Shown here: positions 46,539-59,531 of the stretch, piece by piece | Layout of the letters: the number at the start of each line of letters is the position of its first letter | How positions within the stretch are numbered: the stretch's first letter is position 1 | Assembly: GCA_951406725.2 (NCBI GenBank) | Contig: OX597823.1 | Location: 67,394,001-67,458,000 of the forward strand | Length of the DNA: 64,000 bases | Reading direction: 5' to 3' | DNA from: Octopus vulgaris | Taxonomy: Eukaryota | The notes under the pieces: generated by a model | Database searches by the model: none | The model's input: the letters and a program-made list of their open reading frames with translations, nothing else | What the model was told of the DNA's origin: nothing | Position numbers and translations under genes: made by a program

Positions 46539-47928
46539 CGTACACACACATACACACATCTGTTCACATATATATCGGTATGCATCTTGTTATAATGGTG
46601 ATTATGCGGCGATACGTATATATGTAACCGAAAGAAACCTCTTTTTTATCACCTTCCATAAAGTACGTCAGGCTATGGCGATTTCGATTAATAATAATTT
46701 CAAGAACAAAACGGGAGACTTTAGATCTTACTCTAGTGCCGTCTCAATCGAGCTATCCGGCCTACATAACGACGTGTTGTATAATTTCCTTACATATATT
46801 TATCGTTATTAAGATGAGATGCAATGAACAAAAGTTGGTGCATTAAATAAACCACAAAATGAAATCTATCAGTGAATGGTCGAAACATTTGCAATCATAA
46901 ATATAGTGTTCTCTTTTTGATATAAGCAATACGCTACACATTGATTGCCCTCATACAATAGAGACTACATAATAAACAAAGATTGATAAAAAAATATCTT
47001 TTATTCGAAAGTCGGTGCCGCCTGTTCAAATTGCATTGTAGGTACTCTGCTAGCCTCCTGCATACCTACATACTAATACATACAGACATGTCTGTGTGTG
47101 TGTGTGTATAACACCCAGGGATCGAGATATAGGAAGAAAGTTATCTTGAAACAATCCGTAGTAAATATAAAAAAAAGCTATACCTCGTGCTAGCCGCAGT
47201 TTGTCATCTTTCGGGATTTTACGGGACGGTCCACGTCGCCGTATCGAGCGCCGGTATCTCGTGAACGCCTTCCGGCATCGGTGGCGGCTACGTCCACGCG
47301 TCCGTGGGCCATACCGCGGGCTTAGGTTCATTCTTAGTTGTTTATTGAGACGGAAGGTTGTGGATGATTTTTTTCGTATCGAAGTACGATAAGCTGGAAA
47401 AAAGTACTTTTATATTTCACGGTAGGCGACCAGGGTTGGCGAGTGTGCGAAAAAGAAACATAAGAGTTATGGAATGGAGTCGATAAGATCCGAGCTGCAT
47501 ATGTTTCATAGTGGTAAATATCCAAGCGAGGTGCATACCGCAGGCTACTCTTCAGGCCGATGATATTTTGATTAAATGAAACGTTTCATTGTCGCAAGGA
47601 GGTACATGATGACGCCTTGAAAGTTCAATCAGAATGTATAGAGAGCACAGTGGGGTGGGGGTGGGGGAGAATATAAATGTATGGAGAAATAAGTATTAAA
47701 AGAAGGGGAAAAGAAGAAAATATGAGGGAATGAGAGGAATGAGAAATTTAAGCGAGGTCATTAGACCGGTAGTAATGAATAGGGCTGTATTGGCTGAATC
47801 ACAGAAATTAGCAAGGGGAGTGGTATTTGGAAAAAAAGATTATTTGGAGGGTGATGAAACATCTTTGATCAAGGAGAAGAAAGGAAGTGTGTATGAAGAA
47901 AGCAAAGAACGTCGCTTGGATATATACC

Positions 47929-48158
47929 CATTTCTTTATTACCCACAAGGGGCTAAACATAGAAGGGACAAACAAGGACAAACATAGGTATTAAGTCGAT
48001 TACATCGACCCCAGTGCGTAACTGGTACTTAATTTATCGACCCCGAAAGGATGAAAGGCAAAGTCGACCTCGGCGGAATTTGAACTCAGAACGTAACGGC
48101 AGACGAAATACCGCTAAGCATTTCGCCCGACGTGCTAACGTTTCTGCCAGCTCGCCGC
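47929..48158 (-). mobile_element. Family A SINE, young copy
   Basis: 13-bp TSD ttggatatatacc. Confidence 0.9.
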
Positions 48159-48810
48159 TTGGATATATACCACTTCTGAGGTTCCTCTTGCTATGAAACA
48201 TACGTAGCCCGGATCTTATCACTTGCATTCTGTAACTCTTGTATGTGTGTGTGTATGTATACACATATACATATATATGCATATGTATATGTGTACGTAT
48301 ACACATATACATATATATACATATGTATACATACATACGTGTGTGTGTGTGTGTGTGTGTGTGTTTTCGTGCAAGATCATACTTAACACAATCTTCGCAA
48401 TCAGTAGAAGGTTCACTAAACTAGTAAATAGATTCTGTTACCCAGGTGACTTTATCAGTTAAAATGGTGATTGCTGTGAAGGCATATTAACAAGAGGAAG
48501 GACGTGGTGAAGAAAAAATGACGTTCAGAGAGGTATTGTCTCTGTTAGTGTCTAAGGGTTTTATTCTACGAAGTGAGGGGCATTTTGCATTATCTTTGTA
48601 TACATTGTATGCAACATTAACATCGACAATAGCAACAAGTCCGCTAATGACGGAGATGTACGTCATTTTAGATCCCCTGTCACTACTTTGGCGAGCTTTT
48701 AGCCTACTAATCTAATATAGCGTCCGGTCATCCATCGATAGGCTGTAGGACTTAATCCAGTGAGGAACAACAATTCGTATGAGTTTTCGAAGACTTTATG
48801 TACACGGTGT

Positions 48811-49015
48811 TCAGAAACGTTAGCACGCCGGGCGAAATGCGTAGCCGTATTTCGTCTGCCGTTACGTTCTGAGTTCAAATTTCGCCGAGGTCGACTTTGC
48901 CTTCGATCCTTTCGGGGTCGATAAATTAAGTACCAGTTACGCACTGGGGTCGATGTAATCGACTTAATCCATTTGACTGTCCCTGTTTGTCCCCTTGTGG
49001 GTAGTAAAGAAATAG
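48811..49015 (+). mobile_element. Family A SINE, slightly 5'-truncated
   Basis: TSD gactt(t/c)atgtacacggtgt. Confidence 0.9.
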
Positions 49016-49616
49016 ACTTCATGTACACGGTGTATGTATTCCCATCCGGGATGAGAGCATTTATACACAGCTTGTATATTAATATTTAATAGAACAGAAC
49101 GGAAGTTGAATAAGAAAATGTTTTCGTCTTGCCGCCTTCCATGACTGGTATAGTGGATTTAACAAAATTCAAATCAACGCGGAGTAATCCAGTAGCAAGA
49201 ACAGGGATGGAGACGATGTAGTTAGAGGCAGGCCGCGTGGGAGAGGAAAAAGAGGATGTTGCTTGGCTGTGCGCATCTTTTTTATCCCTGTCTATCGAGC
49301 GCCACCTAGTTGTTAACGATGTGACAGGGGAGATAACTCTAGATGACTCTCGTTAAAACATGACGGTACTGAATTCAAATAAGATTGCCTACATACGAAT
49401 CCAAATCAAACCACAACGTGTAATCTTTTAAAAATGGAGAGATTTTACTTCGTAGTATAAAGCAAAATTTTATCTGAGTAGATAAGCTGGTTGCAGCTGT
49501 GATACCTCTAATCATAGCTCTACTCAATCGGGACTGACTCGGGGCCAAACTGCAACAGTAACAGCAGTAACAAGAACAACAATGGCAACGACAACAACAG
49601 CAACAACAAGGAAGGT

Positions 49617-49896
49617 GACAACAATTCAAATATAAAGAAATCACAAAGAAACATATAACTTGTTATAATGACAATGAGATTACATTTATTGATTTGAAGT
49701 AATTCAACGAAGATAAAGGAATTGAGTAAAGAATTCTACGTTTCTCTTCAGTAAATCAGTGAAAGAAATACACTTGTGAAATAATTGAATTAATGCCTGA
49801 CCTCAGTCACCAATAGAAATGTTCTGAACAAAAGTTGAATAAAAATGAAAGGTTCATATTTATTCTTCCTTTTGTAAATGGTTAAAATCTAATTGC
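49617..49896 (+). repeat. Copy 1 of a ~280-bp inverted duplication (mate at 59532-59804)
   Basis: Shares, in reverse complement, aatgcctgacctcagtcaccaatagaaatgttct, cagtaaatcagtgaaagaaatacacttg and tgacaatgagattacatttattgatttgaagt with 59532-59804. Confidence 0.85.
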
Positions 49897-50269
49897 ACAC
49901 ATACATACGTATATATGTGCGTGTGAGTGGATGTATGTGCGTGCGTGTGTGTGTGCCTGTGTGTGTATGTGTGTGTACAGAGAGAGGGAGAAAGAGAGAA
50001 ATGTATAGATAGATAAATCTTGTAGATATATATGTGTGTGTGTGGATGTGGATGTATACGTAATACGCATGAATGTAAGAACGTATGTATGTATGTATGT
50101 ATGTATGTATGTATGTATGTATTCATGTATGTATGTGTGTATGTGTGAGCGTATGTAAGTATGTAGAAATAAAAATACAAAATACACGAAGTAGTATTAA
50201 TAAAATACACAAAATATACGAAGTAGTGTTAATAAGAATAACTAATTAAAACTGAAATTTTATAATATC

Positions 50270-50655
50270 GTTACTCCGTTAAGTGAGTCTCTTTCAATTT
50301 ATGTGGAACCCAAATATCGAGCTTCTTAACGAATCCAAGACATTTAAAGTAATTTTCAATTGTGTGTGATACATTTAACCTCTCTACAATCTCTTGCACA
50401 GTTCTATGACAATCAGATTCAATTATGGTTTTGATTCGATCATCATCAACTTCAGTAGGTCGACCAGAACGATGGCCACCAGTGAGTGAAAAATCTCCAG
50501 AACGGAATTTTTAAAACCCATTTCTGACATGTATGTTCAGCTAAGCAATCAACACCATAAACTTCACGTATCTCTTTGTGAGCCTCAGCAACCTTTTTGC
50601 CTTTATAGAAATAAAAGAGCAAAATATCGCGAAAATGTTCGTTTTGGGACTCCAT
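50270..50655 (-). mobile_element. mariner transposase N-terminal fragment (frameshifted)
   Basis: MESQNEHFRDILLFYFYKGKK..AHKEIREVYG..CQKW, then after a frameshift KFRSGDFSL..RSGRPTEVDDDRIKTIIE..LDIWVPHKL: bipartite HTH plus the WVPHEL-type motif. Confidence 0.9.
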
Positions 50656-50916
50656 GTTAAAATTTACGCTGAACTAACAGCTGTAAACAAAGTTACGCGC
50701 AATTTGCTTCTAAAGTAAGTAAAAAGTAACGGCTATCAAATGACAAAAGCAAAAAATCATAACACAGACAAAAGTCATTCAAAGAAATATGCGCAGGCAT
50801 AGGCATGGCTATGTGATAAGAAATTTGCTTCCCAAGCACATAGTTCTGGGTTCAGCCCCACAACGTGGCACACCTTGGTCAAGTATTTGGTAAGCAGACA
50901 AGAAAAGAAGCCCATC

Positions 50917-51014
<98 letters not shown>

Positions 51015-51020
51015 ATGTGC

Positions 51021-51051
<31 letters not shown>

Positions 51052-51242
51052 TGTGTGTTTTCGCCTGACAACCGGTGCTGGTTTGTTTACGTCTCCCGTA
51101 AACGGTTCGGCAAAGCAGACCGATAGAACAGTTACCAGGTTCGAAAAGAAAATCACTGCTGGGGTCGATTCATTTGACTATAAGTTCCTCAGAATGGTGC
51201 CCCAAAATGGCACAGCAGTCAAATGATTGAAACAAGTAAAAG

Positions 51243-51320
<78 letters not shown>

Positions 51321-51360
51321 AAAAAAGAAGTTTGAAAACGCCACTATATTAGATAAATTT

Positions 51361-51410
51361 TAATTTTACATGTTTCGGTTCTTGAAAAAACGAACCTTAT
51401 CAAAAAACTT
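51361..51410 (-). ncRNA. Minimal hammerhead-like motif
   Basis: Reverse strand reads TTGATAA-GGTTC gttttttcaa GAACC-GAA-ACATGT-A; stem I weak. Partly duplicated at about 51467-51495. Confidence 0.45.
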
Positions 51411-51676
51411 TATTATAAAAAGTATAATGGAACAGTTCATAATCGTTACATACATTCAAAAGAATCCATGTTCTTGAAAAGACGAACCTTATCAAATATA
51501 TTACAAAGAGTATAATAGAAAAAATCCATAGTCGTTCCTTACTGTTTTGTCGAGTGTAGTGGAGAAGTTCATTATAGATTACTTGCTGGTATCAAAAGGA
51601 ACCGCTTTTGTGTTACCTTGTGTTCCAATGGAAGCAACAGTAGTGATTCTTGGTCGTCATATATATATACATATAC

Positions 51677-51708
<32 letters not shown>

Positions 51709-51874
51709 ATACATACATATACATATATATATATATATAAATATATATATATACATACATATACATATATATATACATAAATATATATATATACATACAT
51801 ATATATATACATAAATATATATATATATATATACATACATACATACATATACATATATATAAATATATATATAT

Positions 51875-51933
<59 letters not shown>

Positions 51934-52029
51934 ATCCAAATTAATGCCAAATCTCCGAATTTCTGGACGCATTCATTCACTTGGGTTCCCTTAATAACAA
52001 AAATGCATTTCGCGAAACCGACCTTAATG

Positions 52030-52350
52030 GGCAAATGGTAATAGCGGCAGTACGATTTGCAGAGATGGAGCAACAAGAACATTAAATCTAGCAATAAACT
52101 AGCAGCGATTGTCTTATATAGATGTAAGATATAAACATACTCGAAAAAAAATTAAGATGAAACTGTTAGCGTTTCAAAAGAGATTTTTTTCGCAGAATAC
52201 TTAGAACTACCAGATAAAACTGTCAGTCATAAAACAATACATCGTGTTGGTTGGAAAGAGAGAATGATCCAAGGATACTGCCAGACGAAGAAAAATACAA
52301 CGTTTTGGTTATGTGATAAAAAGACTGTCACAAATTATATTTGGAAAAAT
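52030..52350 (+). mobile_element. Possible piggyBac transposase C-terminal relic
   Basis: Fragments [18 protein letters not shown] and QGYCQTKKNTTFWLCDKK occur in the order expected for a PGBD C-terminus; weak. Confidence 0.3.
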
Positions 52351-52876
52351 AGAAATCAAAAAAGAAAAGAGGGTGACGGAGCTGAAAGTAGTTCAATGAT
52401 ACTTCCAGGTGGACTCTGGTGAGAATATCTAGAGTAGATAGAGATCCAATGATCGAGTAGGTTCTAAATTATTGGTAGAATATCCCAGGTGCCCTGACGG
52501 CAAATATACTATGAAATCTAATTTCTTGTCTCCTAAAACACTGTTTGAAAAGAAATTTGGTGTGGTCACAACGCGATTGTTTTTGACTGGAGAGCTTTTC
52601 AATAAGGACTGGCCTGCAGTTCAACAAGAAATTTAATATTCAGTTCTCATTTTATTGATCTTTGGTCCAAATTTATTTAGAAAGTATTTGTTTGAATATT
52701 GCCAAGGTGTTATAATTATTCTCGTGATGCGTTTGTACGAACCTTCATTGAAAGTATTTGGTTCTGAGAGTTAAAGTATGATTTTCTACATTCGTATTGC
52801 TTGACTCCAGTCCTGATCCAAAAGGCTTATGAGCAAAGGCATTCCAGCAAGAACTATTCCACTTCTGTTTTAGATA

Positions 52877-53783
52877 TCTATATATATAAAACTGTAGTTG
52901 TGTGAGTGTCTGTCTCCTACGATTTAGATTCCTAACTCCTCCCACATTTTGCGGTGCAATTTAACCAAATTCGGGTATCTTATAGTCGTGATTCATATCG
53001 AGCCCGTCTGGCTATTAGCGCGCGTCTATGATGAGTCTACGATTTTAAAAATAATTTAACATCATTTTTTATTCCATTTTAATGCATAATTTTTCGTGTG
53101 TCGATGGCGGCGGAGTTGGCGTCCACGCTCAAACACCTGCACCTGTGTTTGCTTCTCCCCCTTCTTCCCTCCCTCGTGAAGCTGTGGGGAAGGGAGTTTA
53201 AGGAAATCAACGTCGTAATGCGTTGTCAAGGAGACCAGCGTTCTTTTAGAACAACGACTTCATGGCTTGAAGACACTAAAACAGAAATGGCTAAGAAAGC
53301 CCGAATTGGCATCTATAAAGGAAGTAACTCTCTAAAAATGCTTATATAGTTATTTCCCTTACAAACCCGAGCAACGCCGGGCGATACTGCTAGTCTTTAT
53401 ATATAAAAGTGAAGTTGTGTGTCTGTCTCCTACGATTTAGATTCCTAACTACTCCCACATTTTGCGGTGCAGTTTAACCAAAACCGTGTATCTTATAGTC
53501 GTGATTCATATCGAGCCCTTCTGGGTATTAGCGCGCGTCTACGATGAGTCTACGATTTAAAAAATAATTTAACATAATTTTTTTTCCCATTTTAATGCAT
53601 TTTTTCGCTATTATATAAGGGAAGTAACTCTCTAAAAATGTCTACGATGAGTCAACGATTTAAAAAAAAATTTACCACCATTTTTTTTTTCATTTTTAAT
53701 GCATTTTTTGGCTATAACTCTCTAAAAATGCTTATATAGTTATTTCCCTTACAAACCCGAGCAACGCCGGGCGATACTGCTAG
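52877..53783 (+). mobile_element. Non-autonomous Helitron, head-to-tail dimer (52877-53393 and 53394-53783)
   Basis: Each unit starts TC and ends with the CCCGagcaacgcCGGG hairpin plus CTAG; the whole dimer sits between host A and T, with no TSD. Confidence 0.85.
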
Positions 53784-54317
53784 TATAATATAATATATCC
53801 TTCGGCTGAAACGTAAATGGATCCGCATCGGCACAATTGATCTCTGTTTTTACCCATTAGCTGTTTAATGTTTGTTTGCTTTTGCTTTTTTCGCCTAGTT
53901 AATAGTGTTGTTTATTGTCTGAATGAGCAAAATGTAAAGATTACGAGAAGGAAATTATACATACGAATTTCTAACAACTTTTGTGCAAAGCTACACATTT
54001 TCTTAGAGGAACAGTACAATCAAGTGGACCTACTTCAGTTCTTGGCTGGTATTTAATCAAGCTAATGAGAGACAGCCGTTCAGCGGTCACTCGACCTGCT
54101 TGAAAGACCCACTAGATACCCAACTCAAAAATATAGATTCAAAAGGACACACTAGGACGTCTTCGACTACAAGTCTGCATCTGCTTACTATATCGATTCC
54201 AGGTGAACGAAAGATAATGGCTCACTCGACAAAGTTTGTAGTGACTAAATGCAGCAAGACAATTTGTTCGACGATCTATCGACTCTGTCATTCATGAAAA
54301 GTTCAAAGCAATGAATT

Positions 54318-54452
54318 TAACTGGTACTTAATTTATCGACCCCGAAAGGATGAAAGGCAAAGTCGACCTCGGCGGAATTTGAACTCAGAACGTAACGGCA
54401 GACGAAATACCGCTAAGCATTTCGCTCGGCGTGCTAACGATTCTGCCAGCGC
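54318..54452 (-). mobile_element. Family A SINE fragment
   Basis: Near-identical to the head and core of 47929-48158. Confidence 0.85.
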
Positions 54453-55213
54453 CTTCTTCATGCTAAGTATTAAAATCAAGAAACTTGATGATTGGTTCAA
54501 ATTACGTTTTACGACGGACAATAAAAACCAGGAAGCTATAACATTCAAGACATAAGCGAACTTAGTAAACCGAAGTGACTTCAAGCTGGAGATTAAAGCT
54601 ATAACATTCTCGGTTAAGAATTTTTTTAAAATCTCATATTCGAAATACGCGCATCTCATTTCAAGGAAACTACTAGAGTTTCAATTACAATTTTGCTTGA
54701 ACTTTTTTTAAGTACTATTAATTTTCGATGAACTAAGAGATGGCCGTACAGCATAAAATTATGGGAGATATAAATGTAGCTTAACTACCTGTGACCGAAG
54801 ATCAAGAAAATATCAAACTAATGTGTTTAATGTAATGGACGAAAGTGGAATGAAGTTACGTTATGAAAAACTGTAAAATTACAACATTTTAAGCTTTAGA
54901 ATTTCGGTGTTTTCCAAGCTTCGTTTGAACTAATTCTATATAATGTCTCTAAAAATCTTTAAAGTTAACAAATTTAGTCATATCGGATAGCGGTAACATA
55001 AACTTCGGAGGAAAGACAGCAGTAAATCTGTTTTGATTGGCGCTTATTATAAAAGCGTCTTCGTTTAGGTACGGACGTGGCTGAATGGTAAGAAGTTTGC
55101 TTCCTAACCACGTGGTTCCGGGTTCAATTTCATCATGTGTCACCTTGGGCAAGTGTCTTCTACTAAAGCCTTGTGAGTGGATTCGGTAGACGGAAACTGC
55201 CGGAAGCCCGTCG

Positions 55214-55244
<31 letters not shown>

Positions 55245-55676
55245 GTGTGTGTGTGTGTGTGTGTGTGTATCTGTCCCCCAGTACCGCTTGAAAACTGGTG
55301 TTGTTGTGTTTACGTCCCCGTTAATTAGGGGTTCGGCAAAAGGTCCCGATAGAATAAGTACCAGGTTTAACACAATGTAAGTACTGGGGCCGATTCATTC
55401 GACTAAAAAATTGTTCAACCCGATGCCCCAGCATGGCCGCAATCTGATGACTGAAGCAAGTAAAAGAAATAGGTATTGAACACTGTTTATTTGTTTCTTC
55501 ACATGCGCACTCACAGGCATGGAACACACGCGCGCACACACGCACGCAATACATATACAGAAAGACAGACGGACGGACAGGCAAACAGACAGAGAGAAAG
55601 AGAGAAGAAAGGTGTTCGTACCAAATGGTAAAAGTTAACCGCTTAAAACGTGGATGTTGAGTTAAAGCACACAATA

Positions 55677-56048
55677 GGAGCACTCCGTCGGTTGCGACGA
55701 TGAGGGTCCCAGCTGATACGATCAACGGAACAGCTTGCTCGTGGAGTGGCTGAGCACTCCACAGACACGTGTACCCTTAACGTAGTTCTCGAGGAGATTC
55801 AGCGTGACACACAGAATGTGACAAGGCTGGCCCTTTGAAATACAGGTACAAGAGAAACAGGAAGAAAGAGCGAGAGAAAGTTGTGGTGAAAGAGTACAGC
55901 AGGGTTCACCACCACCCCCTGCCGGAGCCTCGTGGAGCTTTAGGTGTTTTCGCTCAATAAACACTCACAATGCCCGGTCTGGGAATCGAAACCGCGATCC
56001 TCCGACCGCGAGTCCGCTGCCCTAACCACTGGGTCATTGCGCCTCCAC
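55677..56048 (-). mobile_element. SINE family B
   Basis: 14-bp TSD taaagcacacaata. Confidence 0.92.
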
Positions 56049-56310
56049 TAAAGCACACAATACTGCGATATTTGCCAAGACAGTAAAACTCTCAAATGAT
56101 TTTTCGGTGCATATAAGCACATCATAGTTATCGACAGCAGCAGATAATCATTGCCGCTTCCGTTTCAGTCATTGGCGTTTTTGTCGAACGAATTGACACC
56201 AGTACTTAATTTTTAAACCAGATATTTATTGTCGGAGACGGAGACAAAACCAACACCGACTGTCAAGCAGTGCTCAGGAACAAACACAAATACATATACG
56301 CACACACACA

Positions 56311-56349
<39 letters not shown>

Positions 56350-56532
56350 TTTTTTTACCGTTTTACTTGCTTCAGTCATTGGACTGTGGACATGCTGGGA
56401 CTTCAGGTTTTGCTTACAGCGCGTAGGTCTCCCAAGCCGTCACCCATCTAACCATATAAGCACTAACAAGGTTCGACACTGCTTAGACTTGGTATTGGGA
56501 CGAAAACCGATGTTTTCAACGATATATGTATG

Positions 56533-56594
<62 letters not shown>

Positions 56595-56668
56595 TGTGTG
56601 TTTGTAAGTATGTATTTATGTATGTATTTATGTATGTATTTATGTATATATATGTGTGTGTGTATATG

Positions 56669-56703
<35 letters not shown>

Positions 56704-56730
56704 ACTATAGGACAATCAGTAAGTTGTCAT

Positions 56731-56784
56731 AATAGGACTCAGAGTTTCAAATGCCGGAGCTACGATGCATTTTCATCGGCTATT
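56731..56784 (-). ncRNA. Type-I hammerhead motif in the left arm of a foldback element
   Basis: Reverse strand reads AATAG-CCGATGA-AAATGC atcgtagctccg GCATTT-GAA-ACTCTGAGT-C-CTATT: all three stems pair, with one core change (U4C). Confidence 0.7.
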
Positions 56785-56966
56785 TTTATAACAGACGCTA
56801 TAAAAAACGGTTGAATAAAGGGGAGGTTACTCTAATAGAGAGGAAAAAATTATAAAAGATAAAAAGTTAAAAATAAAAATTATAAAATATACATGTAACC
56901 ATATTGTCCCAATACATATACCTTCTGCGTTCGTTAAAATCTACATACGTATACACTCACACAAAC

Positions 56967-57000
<34 letters not shown>

Positions 57001-57071
57001 TCATACACACACAAAGCATATACGTGCATTTATGTGCTCATATACACATCTCTACACGCACATACGCATAT

Positions 57072-57116
<45 letters not shown>

Positions 57117-57286
57117 CACATACATGTATAAATATACACCCACACACCTATATATGTACGCAACTTCATCTTTATATACACATAGATGTATGCTTATGTG
57201 TATATGAAGATGAAGTTATGTGCATATATACGTATGTGTGTATATTTATACATGTTTGTGTATAAATATATAAATATATATATACA

Positions 57287-57318
<32 letters not shown>

Positions 57319-57623
57319 CATACACAAACATGTATAAATATATATATATATATATGGATATGCGTGTGTGCATGTAGCGATATATATATGAGCACGTAAA
57401 TGTACGTGTGTTTTGTTTGTGTATGGGCATAAATATATATATATGTTTGCGTGAGTGTGTACGTATGTAGATTTTACGAACGCAGAAGGTTTTATATGTG
57501 TTGTGAGAATATAGTTACAAGTATTTTTATAATTTTTGTTTTTTATTTTTTACCTTTTATAACTTTTCCTATTAGAGTAACTTCCTTTTTATTCAACAGT
57601 TTTATCATAGCGTCTGTTGTCAA

Positions 57624-57684
57624 AATAGCCAACGAAGATGCATCGTAGCTCTTAGCTCCGGAATTTGAAACTCTGAGTCGTATT
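57624..57684 (+). ncRNA. More decayed hammerhead motif in the right arm of the same foldback
   Basis: AATAG-CCAACGA-AGATGC...GAATTT-GAA-ACTCTGAGT-C-GTATT, the inverted homologue of 56731-56784. Confidence 0.5.
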
Positions 57685-57776
57685 ATGACAATTTACTGAT
57701 TGTCCTATACTATACATATATAAATTCCTCTATTTACCTAATATCTTTTATTGTCATTTTATTATTATTATTATTA

Positions 57777-57827
<51 letters not shown>

Positions 57828-57831
<4 letters not shown>

Positions 57832-58057
57832 TTCTTTACTGCCCACAAGGGGCTAAACATAGAGGGGACAAACAAGGACAGACAAAGGAATTAAGTCGAT
57901 TACATCGACTCCAGTGGGAAACTGGTACTTTATTTATCGACCCCGAAAGGATGAAAGGCAAAGTCGACCTCGGCGGAATTTGAACTCACAACGTAACGAC
58001 AGACGAAATACCGCTAAGCATTTCGCCCTGCGCGCTAACGTTTCTGCCAGCTCGCCT

Positions 58058-58058
<1 letters not shown>
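57828..58058 (-). mobile_element. Family A SINE inserted in (TA)n
   Basis: Full-length homology to family A. Confidence 0.9.
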
Positions 58059-58135
<77 letters not shown>

Positions 58136-58237
58136 AGAAATAATTGAGGTCCAGTAGAATTAGCTACTTAAATTGAGACACTAATGCTGTTCAGTAAAGT
58201 CCACACAGCTCGAAATTTGGTGAATAAAAAGCATATT

Positions 58238-58943
58238 AGTAAAAAGGATGTCCAGGTATCAGTGTATTACGGCCGTTTCAAGCGGCTCCATTTAATTGAT
58301 CAATCAAGATATTACATCAATTCTAAAATAAACCGCTCTCCTCGGACGCTGCCATACATTTCTCACATAAAGAATAAAGCATTTGTTTTTCGCGCAACTT
58401 GTATCAGTACTAGCAGCCAAAATAATTACATTGATTTTGCTTGTTATTTCTGTGGCAGAATGAATTTAGTAAATAATGCATCCCTACAGTCCACTATGAT
58501 TTGGAGTAGCATATTTGAATAGTGGGAGTGAAGAATGAGGAAAAGAGAGATAGTTAGATCTACATTTATCATTATTACATTTCTCAGATTATTTGCAGCA
58601 TATTGTCTCCAACTCTTAAGAACTAAGCCCACTGGGAGTTGACAGTTAAGTTCCTGCAAGTGGTGATAAATTAATTAAATGTCAGATACGCCCCCACCCC
58701 TGTCTAGGCTTATCTATATTCTGCCACAGAAATAGAAAGGAAACACAATGTAATTATTTCGGTTGCTAGTATTGATGAAAGTTGCGCTAAAAAATGGTTT
58801 ATTCTTTATTTTGGGAATCTATATGGTTGGTTGGGTGTGAGGAGAGCAGTTTAATTCAAATTGATGCAAAGTTCTAATTGATCGATTAAATGGAGCCGCT
58901 TGAAACGACCGTAATACATTGATACCTGGACATCCTTGTTACT
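58238..58943. mobile_element. Foldback element: ~220-bp inverted arms with a ~255-bp spacer
   Basis: 58238-58461 (aaggatgtccaggtatcagtgtattacggccgtttcaagcggctccatttaa...ttctgtggcagaat) is the imperfect reverse complement of 58718-58943. Confidence 0.85.
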
Positions 58944-59321
58944 TATTTACTATTATTTACTGAAACAATTAAAAGATATATATATATATATATATATTAT
59001 CTTTTAATTGTTTCAGTATGACCATCCCGAAATAAAACAAAATCTGTTTCAACACATGATTTTACATGAAGAATCTAGCAAAACAAATTCATAGTCGTAA
59101 TATATATATATGGGCTTTTTTCAGTTTCCGTCCACCAATTCCATTCATAAGGCTGTGGTAGGCCTGTAGTCATAGTAAAAGACACTTAACCGAGATGCCA
59201 CGCAGTGGGATTGAACCTGAAACAATGTGGTCGGAAAGCAAACTACTTAACCACACAGTTGTGTGTGTGCGTATATGCGTGGATGTATATCTATATGCAT
59301 ATAATGTGTGTATGTATACAA

Positions 59322-59405
<84 letters not shown>

Positions 59406-59531
59406 CACACATATGCACATACATATATACATACATATATATGTGAGTATATATGTATATATGTATATGTATATATATACATATATATGTGTGTGTGTGT
59501 ATTGTGGGGATAAGACTAAGAATGCAGGGGA

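Larger units (their letters stand above)
47100..49330 (-). mobile_element. Probable decayed retroelement 5' region, interrupted by two SINEs
   Basis: Higher GC than flanks; CxxC...CP zinc-knuckle-like remnant near 48575-48615 on the - strand. Identity uncertain. Confidence 0.3.
56706..57709. mobile_element. Foldback element: ~185-bp inverted arms around a (TA/CA)n core
   Basis: 56706-56890 is the imperfect reverse complement of about 57522-57709; flanked by microsatellite on both sides. Confidence 0.85.

Noticed and set aside
48014-48196. Recurrent peptide NWYLIYRPRKDERQSRPRRNLNSER in several ORFs
   Set aside because: Antisense translation of family A SINEs, not a gene family.
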